A DNA stretch of 64,000 bases. Origin: the human T2T-CHM13v2.0 reference genome, Homo sapiens. The position numbers and the translations under genes are program-made. A model generated the notes under the pieces. It ran no database searches. It was not told the DNA's origin and worked only from the letters and a program-made list of their open reading frames with translations. Each line of letters starts with the position of its first letter. The stretch's first letter is position 1. Shown in pieces: positions 17,751 to 34,268 of the stretch. The stretch is taken from NCBI RefSeq assembly GCF_009914755.1, contig NC_060930.1; one strand, 5' to 3'.

Positions 17751-18677
17751 ATAAACCTTTTTATAAACTTTTATAATTAAAAAATGTGTTAATATTCCAA
17801 GAAACCCTTTTTAAGCTCACACAGGAGCTCAGATACTAGTCTTGCATCAGTGTGCCTTTGATATTAATACTTAATTTATAGATAGACTCTGAACTAATTT
17901 ATCTCTCAAAATTGGCCCTTACAATCTCCTGTGTTCACCTCTTCCCTGATAGTCCCTGGCCTAGAGGGGCTGAATAGTTTTAATTTCTGGCCCTGTGTCT
18001 CATGTACACAGTTTATTCTGACTGTCAACTTCTCCTGGGTCAGAAGATGAGGCTTTAACTACTGTCAATGTTTAAGATTCAGCAGAACTTGGTACTGTTT
18101 TTAGATCCAAGAGTCAAAGCCCTGTAACTTATCACCACAAGGACTTTAAAAGTTACATATATGTAATAATCTTACTTTAAAAAATTTTAATTTCAATTTT
18201 CATAAACAAACCAAAACAATCACAATTACACAGGAATTATTTTGATAAAACATAAAATCCGTTTGTTAGGTCAGTTACCAAAAGGCAAAAAAGTCCTTCT
18301 GAAATATGATTGGTTTTCCCTATGAGGAGTCCATTTAGATAACTTGGAAGTCAAAACTAATGAAAATAGTACTTGAATTAGTTAGACATAGGAAGAATGT
18401 ACTCTGGGTCATAAGTGAAATTTTTCAGTTTTATAGAAAAGTTGAAAGCCAAAGCACAGAATTTTATATTGGAAGAAAACATTTTCTTTAGACTTTTAAT
18501 GTAAAACATTTTTAGCATCAGGCAACAACAGCAGTTGGAACCTGAGGAAAAAAGTTACAACAGCTGATGAAGAAGTTGAAGAAAGAGGTATTACTTCAGG
18601 CCTTCTCAAAGGGGACATAAAGCTGAAAACAGTGAGGCACAATAAAAGTTGAACTTTTGGGTTAAAAACAAAATTAA

Positions 18678-18975
18678 GGCCAGGCACAGTTGCTCACGCC
18701 TGTAATCCCAGCACTTTCGGAGGCTAAGTTGGGTGGATCACTTGAGTCCAGGAGTTCAAGACCATCCTGGGCAACATGGCAAATGCCCTCTCTACTAAAA
18801 ATACAAAAAATTAGCTGAGTGTGGTGGCACATGCCTGTAGTCCCAGCGACTCAGGTGGCTGAGGTGAGAGAATCACATAAGCCCGGAGGTCAAGGCTGTT
18901 GTGAGCTGAGATTGTGCCACTGAACTCCAGCCTGGGTGACTGAGTGAAACCCTGCCTCAAAAAAGAAAAACAAGT
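18678..18975 (+). mobile_element. AluJ/S
   Basis: TSD acaaaattaa. Confidence 0.9.
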
Positions 18976-20059
18976 ACAAAATTAAAATCTCTTCTAATTT
19001 TATTAAGAGTAAATTAATACCTTAAGAAAATTTTGTTGTTCTAACCAATTCTTAGTGTATTAGTGTATTTTTAATATCTAAGTCCAATCTCTAGAAGGAC
19101 TATTACAAATAATTCATACAAATTTATTTGCATAAATTTATATAAATATTATAAATAATTTCCTTTTAATTATAAGCAACTTGATCAAGTTTTTTAAATC
19201 ACAAGTTCTCTTTTTACAAACTTTATTACAACTTACACAAACCATTTACAATGTGCTTGGACTTGCCTGTTTTATTCTAAACATCCCTCTTTTCTAAATA
19301 ACCAGTCATTTTATTTTAGGGCAAAAATTTGCAAGATTCTTTTTTGTATAAAATTATTTTCCTTTTAACTTTTCTTACCAAAAAAATCTCTTTATATTTA
19401 TAACTTCCTTTACATCACTCTTATTTACTAGTTTCTTTTGCACATTTTCATAAATAAGCTTTAAATAACCTTTGAATTAGACAAAAATAATTTTTCTTTA
19501 AATAAGAACACTTTTTTTAAAGAAAATGTTTTCCTATAAAGTCATTTTAAAAATTTAAAATAATGCAGATATTTAATGAATGTCAGTTGTTTAATTCAAT
19601 ATAACTAGATTCTAACTTATATGGCAAGTTTATTTACAAGAATTTATTCCATTACATTTATCTAATTAATTAAAAATAGTTTAACTAGATTACTTATGAA
19701 AATTGTGATAGTCATCATTTGAAGTTATTTCCCTGTTAACCATTTTAATAGCTGGTGAATATCAGGCTTTTTCTTAAATAAGAACTTTAAGATTAAGTGA
19801 ATTTTTTTTTTTGTCAGTAACTCAGGATTTAGTTGTTTCTAGTAAATCAACAATATTAAATTTCTTATTTATTAAAAATACACAAAGATAATTTTCTCTT
19901 GGGCTGCAAGCTTTATAACCCTCATGCTAAATTCTGACACTTATAATGTCTAGCAGAGATAAATATTAGACTGCTTGACCAGTAAATCTAAACAATAACA
20001 TATGTTGACTATTCTGAAGCCATTTCTAATTTTATTTTACCAATAATTTCAAACCAGCT

Positions 20060-20371
20060 TATTTATTTGTTTATTTATTTATTTATTGAGACAGAGTCTC
20101 CCTCTGCCACCCAGTCTGGGGTGCAGTGGCACGATCTTGGCTCACTGCAACTTCTGCCTCCCAGGTTCAAGTGATTCTCCTGCCTCAGCCTCCTGAGTAG
20201 CTGGGACTACAGGCACATGCCACCACGCCTGGCTAGTTTTTGTATTTTTTAGTAGAGACAAGCTTTCACCATGTTGGCCAGGCTGGTCTCAAACTCCTGA
20301 CCTGAGGTGACCTGCCCACTTCAGCCTCCCAAAGTGCTGGGATTGCAGTCATTAGCCACTGCTGCTGGCCC
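20060..20371 (-). mobile_element. AluS
   Basis: TSD aaaccagcttattt. Confidence 0.95.
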
Positions 20372-21115
20372 AAACCAGCTTATTTATTAAGAATTTACTT
20401 AAGTCACATGAACTTGAAAAAGCGTTTGGGCTCAAAATTTCTATTTTTCTGATACAGAGTTTATTTAAGTTTTTTAATGCCAATTAATCAGAACTCTTTT
20501 ATATATTTTTGGTAGTGAAACATTATATACATGACACATAAATTCATATACACATTAGACATGCAGATAGAAGCCAATCTTATAGACTTATAAGACTTCC
20601 TTTTTTTTTCCTATTTTAGATTTCCAATTTCTTGATAACCTCTTTCATTACCCTAGGCAATTGTCATCTAGATATCCCTAAGTTTGTATACTAAATGAAT
20701 AAGTCCTTGGTGAAGATCACGGCAAAATTTACTTCTCAAGATACAGAGACAGAGAGAAAGAGATAGAGAGAGAGAGTCTGGTATGCCAGTGGAGATTAAA
20801 AATGGATGCCAAGTCAATCATAAAATTATAGAAATCTACCATAGGATTGCATAAGGAGACCAACTGTATTTACATGGGTAGTTTTAAATTTAGCCTTTAG
20901 CCTCTATCTTTTAGATGCATCTTTGAGCTCTCGGCAGAGCTAACACTGAATCCTGATTATCCAAAATGATAGCGATAACATGGAATTAGGTCATGTAATG
21001 ATTTTATAGTGAACTTTGTTACAAAGACTTTTTTATCTGTCTAAACCCCACCCTTATCTTAAACACTTAAGAGTAGCTCCTGTTGTAATAATTATTTCAT
21101 TCAAAAAAGAAATCA

Positions 21116-21433
<318 letters not shown>

Positions 21434-21738
21434 TCAGGTAACAGAGTACAAAAGCAAGAAGTTTAAGATCTAAGAGCAACTTGTCTGTTTATACTCTTGG
21501 GGTTCTATAAGGAAAAACGGAGGTTTCTTTTCAAAAAGGAATCTGTTACCATCTCTGTTTTCTTTAAGGAATCCTAGGCTGTTAGAAACTTTAGGTCCCT
21601 CATGCAGCAGAGAATGGCAAAAGAAAAGAGAGACAGGCATAAGTAAATGGAGAAAACAGAATTCAATTGACTGGAGAAGAAAAAAAAACTTTCTCAGAAA
21701 AAAAAGATTCTAGGAGTGAAGGAAAGCATAGAGGGCTC

Positions 21739-21853
21739 TTATATATATATTTATATATGCATATATGTCTATATATGTATACATATATTTATAAATATAT
21801 ATATTTTTATATACATGTATATATGTATGACATGTATACATATATGTGTATAC
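21739..21853. repeat. Degenerate (TA)n/(TATG)n simple repeat
   Basis: Alternating purine-pyrimidine tract. Confidence 0.9.
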
Positions 21854-21872
21854 ATCTTGGATATTAGCTTTT

Positions 21873-22001
21873 TAAATTTTTTTATTTTTATTTTATATAT
21901 ATTTTTATTATACTTTAAGTTCTAGGGTACATGTGCACAACGTGCAGGTTTGTTACATATGCATACATGTGCCATGTTGGTGTGCTGCACCCATTAACTC
22001 G
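21873..22001 (-). mobile_element. Short L1PA 3' fragment
   Basis: ttatactttaagttctagggtacatgtgcac; flanks t(t/a)agcttttaa. Confidence 0.85.
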
Positions 22002-22039
22002 TAAGCTTTTAACCATTAAGCTTTTTTTCTTTTTCTTTT

Positions 22040-22395
22040 TTTAAAATTTCAATAGTTTTGGGGATACAGGTGGTTTTTTGTTACATGGATAAGTTCTTTA
22101 GTGGTGATTTCTGAGATTTTGGTGCACGCATCACCTGAGCAGTGTACACTGTACTTAATGTATAGTCTTTTATTTCTCACCCCCCTCCCACCCTTTCACC
22201 TGAGTCTCCAAAGTCCGTTGTGTCATTCTTATGCCTTTATATCCTCATAGCTTAGCTTCCACTTATAAGTGAGAACATATGATGCTTGATTTTCCTTTCC
22301 TGAATGACTTAATTTAGAATAATGGCCTCCAATTCCATCCAGGTTGCTGTGAATGCCATTATTTCATTCTTTTTTATGGCTGAGTAGTATTCCAT

Positions 22396-22434
<39 letters not shown>

Positions 22435-22870
22435 AACCACATTTTCTTTACAGACTCGTTGCTTGACGGACATTTGAATTGGTTTCATATTTTTGCAGTT
22501 GTGAATTGTGCTGCTATAAACATGCGTGTGCAAGTGTCCTTTTTATATAGTGACTTCTTTTCCTCTGGGTAGATACCCAATAGTGGAATTGCTGGAACAA
22601 ATAATAGATCTACTTTTAGTTCTTTAAGGAATCTCCATGCTGTTTTCCACAGTGGTTGTAGCAGTTTCCATTCTGACCAGCAGTGTGAAAATGTTCCCTT
22701 TTCACCACATCCATGACAATGTCTATTAATTTTTTGATTATGGTCATTCTTGCAGGTATAACATGGTATCGCATTGTGGTTTTGATCTGCATTTCCCTGG
22801 TAATTAGTGATGTTGAGCATTTCTCCATATGCTTGTTGGCCATTTGTATATCTTCTTTGGGAATTGTCTA
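22040..22870 (-). mobile_element. L1PB 3' fragment joined to a + strand Alu fragment (22871-22962)
   Basis: ttcaatagttttggggatacaggtgg; ORF2 C-terminal peptides in the ORF track. Confidence 0.85.
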
Positions 22871-24114
22871 GAATCCCGGCACTTTGAGAGGCTGAAGTGG
22901 GTGGATTGCTTGAGCCCAGGAGTTTGAGTCAGCCTGGGCAGCATACTGAAACCATGTCTCTACAATTGAGGCCTTGTTCCCCATAATTTGGAACTTTCCT
23001 TCAGATTTGACCAAGTCAGGTATAGTTAATCAAACCTAAGGGGAAAAAGATCAAAACAACAAAAACAACAAAAACAGGAACAAAAAAAAAACCAAAAAAG
23101 TTAAGCAAAACAAACAATTGCACAATTTATAAAATTACTGGGCTTTCTAATGGTAAGAAGAAATTAAGACCAGCTGTTTGTTAATCGTAAATTTTAGTCA
23201 TTAAGGAGAATTCCCAAGACAAAACTCCAATTCAGCTACTTACCTAGGAATGGAGCTCAAGCTGAAGACTACTCTCTACCATCCTAGAAGCAAGAAAAAA
23301 CTAAAACTTGTATTCCCTGTTAGAAGTGAGCTGAAACTCCAAATAAGAGTTGCCTGCTTTCCCTCTTCATGGAAGCAAGAAAACTCACCTGCCTTGTTGG
23401 AAGTGAGTAAAACTCCAGAAAAGGAATTGTATGGCAAAATGAACTTTAGACTCAAAATTTTGGGAGATCAGGGATTCTCTGGAGGGAGTGCTCCTGGACT
23501 TCAGCAAATTGTCCTATTGATTTGAACAATAAAGATAGCTCAATCTGGTACCAAGTACTGATATGAGATTTGTCAAAAGTCAGGGTCACCTCTACTCATA
23601 GTCCCTTTGTGGTCACGAGTTTGTAAACCAAGAAGTATCTAAGCCAAGTCTCAGTCAATTTAGAAGTTTATTTTGCCAAGATTAATTAAGAACAACGTTC
23701 AGGAAAAAGAACATGGAATGACAGGAATAGTCTGTGTTCCGTGCCTTTCTCCAAAGATGATTGTGAAGCCTTCAACATTTAAAGGGGAAAAGCAGGCTGA
23801 TGGGGACGATTAATATTGTACAGTGAAAAATGCATAGTTTTTTTTTCCATTAAAAATGGGAAGATAGGCATGGAAAAGGCAAATAGCTTATTTAAGTTTA
23901 TCTAAGAAATCTGTGGTGGAGGTGAGTCTTCCCACACCTACAGAATTGTTTCTCAAAGAACCTACTGGACTCTGCTATCTTGACAAGACCTCACTGTAGT
24001 TTTGTGAAATTTATCATGTGTTTCATTTATTTATTTAGAACTGTGGCCTTAATAGCTGTACATTGGTAAAGCTATGGTATTCCTATGCAAAAAACAGAAA
24101 ACTCCCCAGAGCAG

Positions 24115-25169
<1,055 letters not shown>

Positions 25170-25201
25170 CTAATTAACATATGGCAATTAAAATAACTCC
25201 T

Positions 25202-25595
25202 ATTGTTATGTGTGAATTTGATCCTGTCATTATGATGTTAGCTGGTGGACATGGATGAAATTGGAAATCATCATTCTCAGTAAACTATCGCAAGAACAAA
25301 AAACCAAACACCGCATATTCTCACTCATAGGTGGGAATTGAACAATGAGATCACATGGACACAGGAAGGGGAATATCACACTCTGGGGACTGTGGTGGGG
25401 TGGGGGGAGGGGGGAGGGATAGCATTGGGAGATATACCTAATGCTAGATGACGAGTTAGTGGGTGCAGCGCACCAGCATGGCACATGTATACGTATGTAA
25501 CTAACCTGCACAATGTGCACATGTACCCTAAAACTTAAAGTATAATAAAAAAAAAAAGAAAAAGAATTAGAAAATAAAATAAAATAAAATAAAAT
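25202..25595 (+). mobile_element. L1PA2-like insertion with a 46-nt inverted 5' piece
   Basis: TSD aaaataactcct at 25190-25201 and 25596-25607; 3'UTR gctagatgacGAGttagtggg. Confidence 0.9.
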
Positions 25596-26109
25596 AAAAT
25601 AACTCCTTAGGTGATGAAAGTAAGATGTGTTTTTGGTTAAGGGAAAAAAAGGTAATTTTTGTACCAAAGTAGAATGACTGGCTGTTCCAAAACTAGAAAG
25701 AAAAAAGACTGTAGAAGGCTTGTGGAAGGTTAATCTTATAAAATAAATTTTAAGTGTGATCACATTGGCTAAAGTTAGAAGAGAAGTTTTCTAAGTTTTC
25801 CTTAAATTGAACATTAATTTCAAAGGTATACATTGATACAAAACTAGAATTTGGTTCTCTCTATTAAAACAAGATTTTTCTTGGAGTATTGAGCTGCTCT
25901 TAATGGCAAATAATGAAAGGTTTTTCTTTACCTTTCAGGTAATTGGTCTAGGAAAAAAGTATGTGTTTTATCATAATAGTTCCTGTGTTTTATGTTGCCT
26001 TTATTAAGCCTTTGATTACTTAAGAAAATTGAGTCCTCTCTATTAAAGAGCTCACGTTTTTCTACAAGTAGGCATTTTTTAAAAGAAATATATAACCCTG
26101 TGTTTGCCT

Positions 26110-26613
26110 TTTTCTTTTCTTTTTGAGAAAGAGTCTTGCTCTGTCACCTAGGCTGGATTGCAGTGGCATGATCATGGCTCACTAGCAGCCTCAACCTCCT
26201 GGGCTCAGGTGATCTTTTCACCTTAACCTCCCATCTAGCTAAGACTACAGGTGTGTGCCACCATGCCTGGATAATTTTTAATTTTTTTGTAGAGATGAGG
26301 TTTTGCCATGTTGCCCTGGTTTGTTTTTTTGTTTGTTTTTAGTGATAGGGTCTTTCTCTGTTGCCCAGGCTAGAGCACAGTGGTGTGATCATAGTTAAGT
26401 GCAGCCTTGAACTCCTAGGCACAAGCAATTCTCCTGCCTCCCAAGTATTTAGGACTACAGGGATATGCCACTGTGCATGGCTAATTTTTCTTTTTTTTTT
26501 TTCTTTTCTTTTTTTTTTTAGAGACAGCATGTTGCCATATTGCTTAGGCTGGTCTTGAACTCCTGGCCTCAAGGGATTCTCCCACCTCAGCCCACCAAGG
26601 CACTGGGATTACA
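26110..26613 (-). mobile_element. Two adjacent AluJ elements (both incomplete)
   Basis: Antisense Alu arms at ~26115-26320 and ~26330-26613. Confidence 0.85.
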
Positions 26614-26693
26614 GAGTGTTTGCCTTTTAAAGTCTTTTCATTATCACTCTGGTTAAATGAGTAACTATTATTTCACAGTGACCTGTAATTCTA

Positions 26694-26992
<299 letters not shown>

Positions 26993-27089
26993 AACCTGTA
27001 ATTCTATTTTTATCAGGTGTCTTAAACTTTGATATTTTGACAAGCTTTTTAAGAGCAAACTCTTAAGTCTTTTTAAAAATTTACCTGTA

Positions 27090-27262
27090 CCCCATCTGTA
27101 CTAAAATACAAAAATTAGCCAAGCATGATGGCGGGTGCCTGTAATGCCAGCTACTCAGGAGGCTGAGACAGAAGAATCACTTGAACCTGGGAGATGGTGG
27201 TTGCAGTGAGCCAAGATTGCGTCACTGAACTCCAGCCTGGGTGGCTAAGCAAGGCTCTGTCT

Positions 27263-27292
<30 letters not shown>
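27090..27292 (+). mobile_element. 5'-truncated AluS
   Basis: Starts at cccatctgtactaaaatac; long poly-A; flanks aaaa(t)ttacctg. Confidence 0.9.
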
Positions 27293-27295
<3 letters not shown>

Positions 27296-28085
27296 ACCTG
27301 AAATTAACTTTGGGATTTTTCAGTTGGGCCCATGAAAAGCTACAAAGGAAGTGTCTCTCATCTTGTAAAGATATTAATTAGGCTTATATTAAGTGTTGTG
27401 TTATAGGGGAAGCATTGTCAAATAATAAGTGATACTGGACTTTTTGAGTTATATCTATGGGTGTATTATTTATATGAATGTTCTAAAAATCGTATGGGAT
27501 TCCTAGAAATCTGATATGTTGTCAATCACAATATTGGTTATTATGTTGAAATGTTGTATGACACAGAAATAACTAAATTTTCTGACCAATTGCTGATTAT
27601 AATGAACTCATCATATTTTAACCATGGTCATCCTAAGTCTTTGTCATCCATAGAGAGTGGTTTTGATTCTTCTCTAAAAGCATTTGCAATCAACTATAGT
27701 CCAAAGTTGCTTCTTCTTCAAGGAAACTCATGACAAGTAAGGATGGAAAGAATTCTGATAAATACAGTTTTTGAATAACCTTAATGTTATGCCATTGAAC
27801 TGGGTAAGATTTCTAAGAACTCTAAAAAACTGACTGTTTTATAAAACTGCTAACTCAACATCAAGCAGAACAAGGATTATATACCAAGGAAATATTTGGT
27901 AGTGGCAGATTTTCATTCTAAATGAGTCAGTACTGAAATTATTATTAAGATACACAATTTGAATGAAGTCCATGACCCAAATCAAATCACTGAAGCATAG
28001 TACCATGCACCTTAATTAGAGAAACAAAATTGATATTTTTTTTACAAAGGTATTTTATTTTAGTAAACAAAATACTGATTCTTTT

Positions 28086-28412
<327 letters not shown>

Positions 28413-28571
28413 AATACTGGTTCTTTTAAAAGCACATATAAATTCACAGTATTTTAAGTGAAATGTCTAGGTTGGGACTTTATCCTCTGACACATTATTC
28501 AATAATTAAGTATTTCTTCTCTTTCTTCTCAGCCGGAGTCCACTCAAGCTGACATTTACATTGCAGAATAT

Positions 28572-28748
28572 TCAGTTATCTTTTTTCTCTGATTGCTTCT
28601 TCCTTTCAGCCTCCAGTTTTTGCTGTTTTGCTTCCAACCTTTTTCTTTGGTATATTTTCACTCCAGCAAATGCCAGGCAGAGAATTAATGTTTTTGCTGC
28701 CAAGATATACAGCAGCAGGTGCACGTGTTCGAGAACCTTCCAATTCAT
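28572..28748 (-). CDS. SMIM11: Intact 58-aa SMIM11-like small membrane protein ORF inside the retrocopy (expression unknown)
   Basis: Hand translation: MNWKVLEHVHLLLYILAAKTLILCLAFAGVKIYQRKRLEAKQQKLEAERKKQSEKKDN*; start context ctACCATGA; hydrophobic segment followed by a basic tail. Confidence 0.55.
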   Translation of the reverse strand: MNWKVLEHVHLLLYILAAKTLILCLAFAGVKIYQRKRLEAKQQKLEAERKKQSEKKDN

Positions 28749-29203
28749 GGTAGACCAACTATGAATTCACTTCTGATCAACACAAACCCCCACCAGACAA
28801 GTACATGAGAGGCGGCGGGAAGGTCAGCCCCAGGGAGCTGGAAGGTCTCATTGCTCCCAACGGCAGAGCCTCCTGTGCCTGGCCGCACACAAACCATCCA
28901 AAACTGATATTTAAGAGGATGTAAATCCAATGGTAAATATGGACAGATAGAGTTTTCCTATGAGTTTTCCTTCCTGAGTCATTAAAACTCCCATTGTTAA
29001 AAAGCTTTGCACTCCATGACTTATAATGAAAGAGGTAAAATGATCCAAATTGTGAGAAAATATTGGTGTTGTTACTATTCTAAAACTGTTAACATAGTTT
29101 ATGACCAGCCATGATGTGACTAATTTTAAACATATTTTTTGACTATCATATAAAGAATGGTTATATGTATAAATCAGTGAGAATGGAAACAGTGAGACCG
29201 GTA

Positions 29204-30070
<867 letters not shown>

Positions 30071-30084
30071 TCTTAGATTATTGC

Positions 30085-30425
30085 AATAGTTAGAGATGAC
30101 AGTGACTGGGACTGAAGCAATAATAGTAGAGATGGTAAGAAGTGGATATATTAGGGCTCTATCGTGATGGTAGAAACAGAAGGATTTGCTTAAAAATTCA
30201 TGGAGGTAGGAGAAAGAGGGATTAAGGATAATTCTCAGAGTTTGAACTTGAGCAACAAAGTAGTTGGTAGTGGTGTTTACTGTGTTATAGAAGACCAGGA
30301 GAGAAGCAGCTTTGAGGGGAGATCTCAAATATTCTGTTTTGAACATGTCATCTTTGGGAAGCCTATTAGAAATCTCAATGGAGATGTTGGGCAAGTAGTC
30401 TTGAATGCCACAGAGAAGTTAGGGC
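30085..30425 (-). mobile_element. L2 fragment
   Basis: agagatggtaagaagtgg...ttctgttttgaacatgt...ggagatgttgggcaag. Confidence 0.6.
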
Positions 30426-30576
30426 TTTACATGTTTTAGAAAAAGGTAATTTGTTCACATGTTTCAAACATCAAAAAGTAAAATATCATAAAATTCAAAG
30501 TCTTTTTCTATGTTTGTCTCTCATTTCTCTAGTTCCTACTTTACTCCCTTCCTTCTTAGTTTCTTATGTATCCTCA

Positions 30577-30633
30577 AAAGTTTCTTTATTTAGATCTATA
30601 TTTAATAAAGTTTCTTTATTTAGATCTATATTT
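30577..30633 (+). repeat. 30-bp-period tandem duplication
   Basis: aaagtttctttatttagatctatattt occurs twice. Confidence 0.9.
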
Positions 30634-30739
30634 TACCACGTGTGAAAATATTTTTAAGTTTGTTTATGCCTGTACAAGCATATACAAATACACATGCTTG
30701 TTTTCACTCCATTTTACACAAAAGTAATATTTATATGTA

Positions 30740-31268
30740 TATTATAAGCTAAATGTTTGACTTCCCCCAAATCCATTTGTTGAAATCCTAACCCCTTATA
30801 TAATAGTATTAGTAGGTGAGGCCATTGGGAGGTATCTATGTCAGTTTGGGTTGCTATAACAGAATACCATAGACTGGGTGTTTTAAACAACAAACATTTA
30901 TTTCTTACAGGTCCTCTGCTTGATTAGGTCCAGCCTTGATCTTCCCTCTTGGTCCTTGTGGAATCCAGTTTGGACAGTCAGTTTAGGGAAAATCCCTTAT
31001 CCTTGGTATCTTCTCATTGTATCTTCACATGGTTGGTGGAAAGATGAGAGAGAGAGAGGGAGGGAGGGAGAGAGGGGGAGAGAGAGAGAGAGAGAGAGAG
31101 AAAGAGCCATCTGCAAACAGGACGAGTGCTCTCACTAGACACTGCATCTGCTGGAGCCTTCCTCTTGTACTTCTCCACCTGCAGAGCTGTGAGAAGTAAG
31201 TGTTTATTATTGAAGTCACCCAATCTGTGGTATTCTGTTATAGCAGCCCAAATTGACTAAGATAATAC
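30740..31268 (+). mobile_element. MLT1A-like LTR with nested LTR fragments and a (GA)n tract
   Basis: gttgaaatcctaacccc at start; tgtggtattctgttatagcagccc at end; antisense MaLR start at ~30835. Confidence 0.6.
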
Positions 31269-31554
31269 ATATTTTTCTGCACTTTGCTGTTTTCTCTTAA
31301 TAGCATACCTCAAGTTTTTTTTTTGTAACAGTGTATAGCTTCCTCATTTTTAAATTCAATAGCTACACAGTATTTGGTTATAAGGATATACTGTAATTTA
31401 TTTAACCAGTTTCCTATTGATATAATTAGGATAGTTGGCATAATTTCCAACTGGTTGATTTCCAAAGTCTCTTTCAAATTCGAAGATTCATAATACCCTC
31501 TATCAAATGAGTATTTTCAGAACTATCCCTTCCTTTTCTTCCCCCAAAAAGGAG

Positions 31555-32305
<751 letters not shown>

Positions 32306-32377
32306 AAATGCATAAATTGTGTTCTGGTAATTCTAATAATTTTTAAGATGTTATTGCCATGATTAGCTTACAAAGTC

Positions 32378-32750
32378 TTCAACATTTATTTAACAAATAT
32401 TTATTAAATATCAACTAACAATATATGTCTAACACTGTTCTAGGTGTTGGAAACACAGCAATGAACAGACAAAAATCTCTGTCATAGAATTTACATTTTA
32501 ATGGGCAAGAACAAAGGATAAAGGGAAATATAAGGTATGTTAGATACTGATGAGAACTAAGAAGAAAAGAAAGTTGGGAAAGAGAATAGGGAGTGTTTTT
32601 GTGTTTGTGTGAAAGTGTTTACATTTTAGATAGGATGACCAGGGAAGTCTTTGCTGTGAAGGACATATTTAGTCAAGGTCTGAAGGAAGTGGGAGGGTAA
32701 GTCCTATGGATTTGTGGGGGTAAAAACATTCTGGGCAGATGGCAGATAAC
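32378..32750 (-). mobile_element. L2a 3' end
   Basis: catttatttaacaaatatttatt...cactgttctaggtgttggaaacacagcaatgaaca. Confidence 0.7.
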
Positions 32751-33862
32751 ACTGTTTGAGACATTTTTCAGTGATTCCAATGCTTGGGTTATTGGAGAGC
32801 TCTTTGGCATCTGTTGCTTGAATCTGTTTTCTCTACCATGGTCCCACTGACCTTCCATTTTCACCTAGCTCCCTGGCTTCCCACTCTGGATGCTAGGATG
32901 AGTATGATGAAGAGGACTGAATATTGTTTTTCCGACTTCTTAGGCCTTTGTTTCAATCTCTTTTTCTAGGCTGCTTCTCATCTGTTTCCCTGGCTGTGTT
33001 TCTCTGTTAGGCTGCCATCTTGGTCTCTAATTTCTGCTGTGCTGTGCCTTACTCCACTTCTGTAACAACTTTAAGCCAAGACTGAGCCCATTAGATCAAA
33101 GCCTGTTTAAAATGAAACTGGGCCTGGTAAAATGACCAAATTAATCCCTCTTAATTAAGTGAGAATAAAGGAATGCCGACATTTCAACTACAGAGATAAA
33201 CGAAAGGAGAAGCAGGAAAATCAAAGCCAATCCAGACCAATTACTGATATGTATAAACACCCTCAAGCTTAGCACTATTTTGTCAGGCCCAGAACTGCTC
33301 CCTAGGGTGAAGCCCCTTTAAATTTAATAAGGTGGCTTCAGGCCACAGATATTCCATTGATCCAATTAACTTTACTTGTTCAACTCTAATCTTCTATTCT
33401 CACTTTTGAGAACTCCACTTTGTTCTTTATAACGGCTTGGATCAATTCCCTGATGTGTGTTTGGTATCCTTTTAGAAAGGTCCTCCTACATTTTTTTTTC
33501 TCTCTCTGGTTTATATTGGTTTCTAGTGTCTGGATTCCTGGAATAGTCAAGCAAGACTATTGTTTTTCTTTAAGGTCTCCGTAAGCCATAGCCCCTGGTC
33601 TTGAATTCTCACCCCTTAGAGGGCAATGCAGTGCTCCTCAAATTCTCTGCTCTATTCTAATAACAGCCTGTGCAATTCTGTCTTTCCAGCTGGGTTAACT
33701 ACTGGGAGGCTATTTTATGGCAGTATCAGAATATATAGAATATGCTAATGTAAAAATATCAGTGCTAGGAAGTTAACAAAGCCCAGGGGTTGGAAAAATT
33801 TAATGAGAGTCAAAGGGTTATGATAAAAAAAACTTATAAAAATTGTTAGGAGCAACATTAAA

Positions 33863-34227
33863 AATTTTTTTAATTTTATTTTTCCATAAGTTATTGGGGT
33901 ACAGGTGGTATTTGGTTACATGATTAAGTTATTTAGTGGAGATTTGTGAGATCCTGGTGTACCCATCACCCGAGCAGTATATGCTGCACCCTATTTGTTG
34001 TCTTTTATCCCTTGCCCCCACTCCCTCTCTTTCCCCCAAATCCCCAAAGTCTACTATATCATTCTTATGCCTTTGTGTCCTCATAGCTTAGCTCCCACAT
34101 ATCAGTGAGAACATACGTTGTTTGGTTTTCCATTCCTGAGTTACTTCACTTAGAATAATAGTCTCTAATCTGATCCGGGTCATTGCAAATGCTGTTAGTT
34201 CATTCCTTTTTATGGCTGAGTAGTATT

Positions 34228-34268
<41 letters not shown>

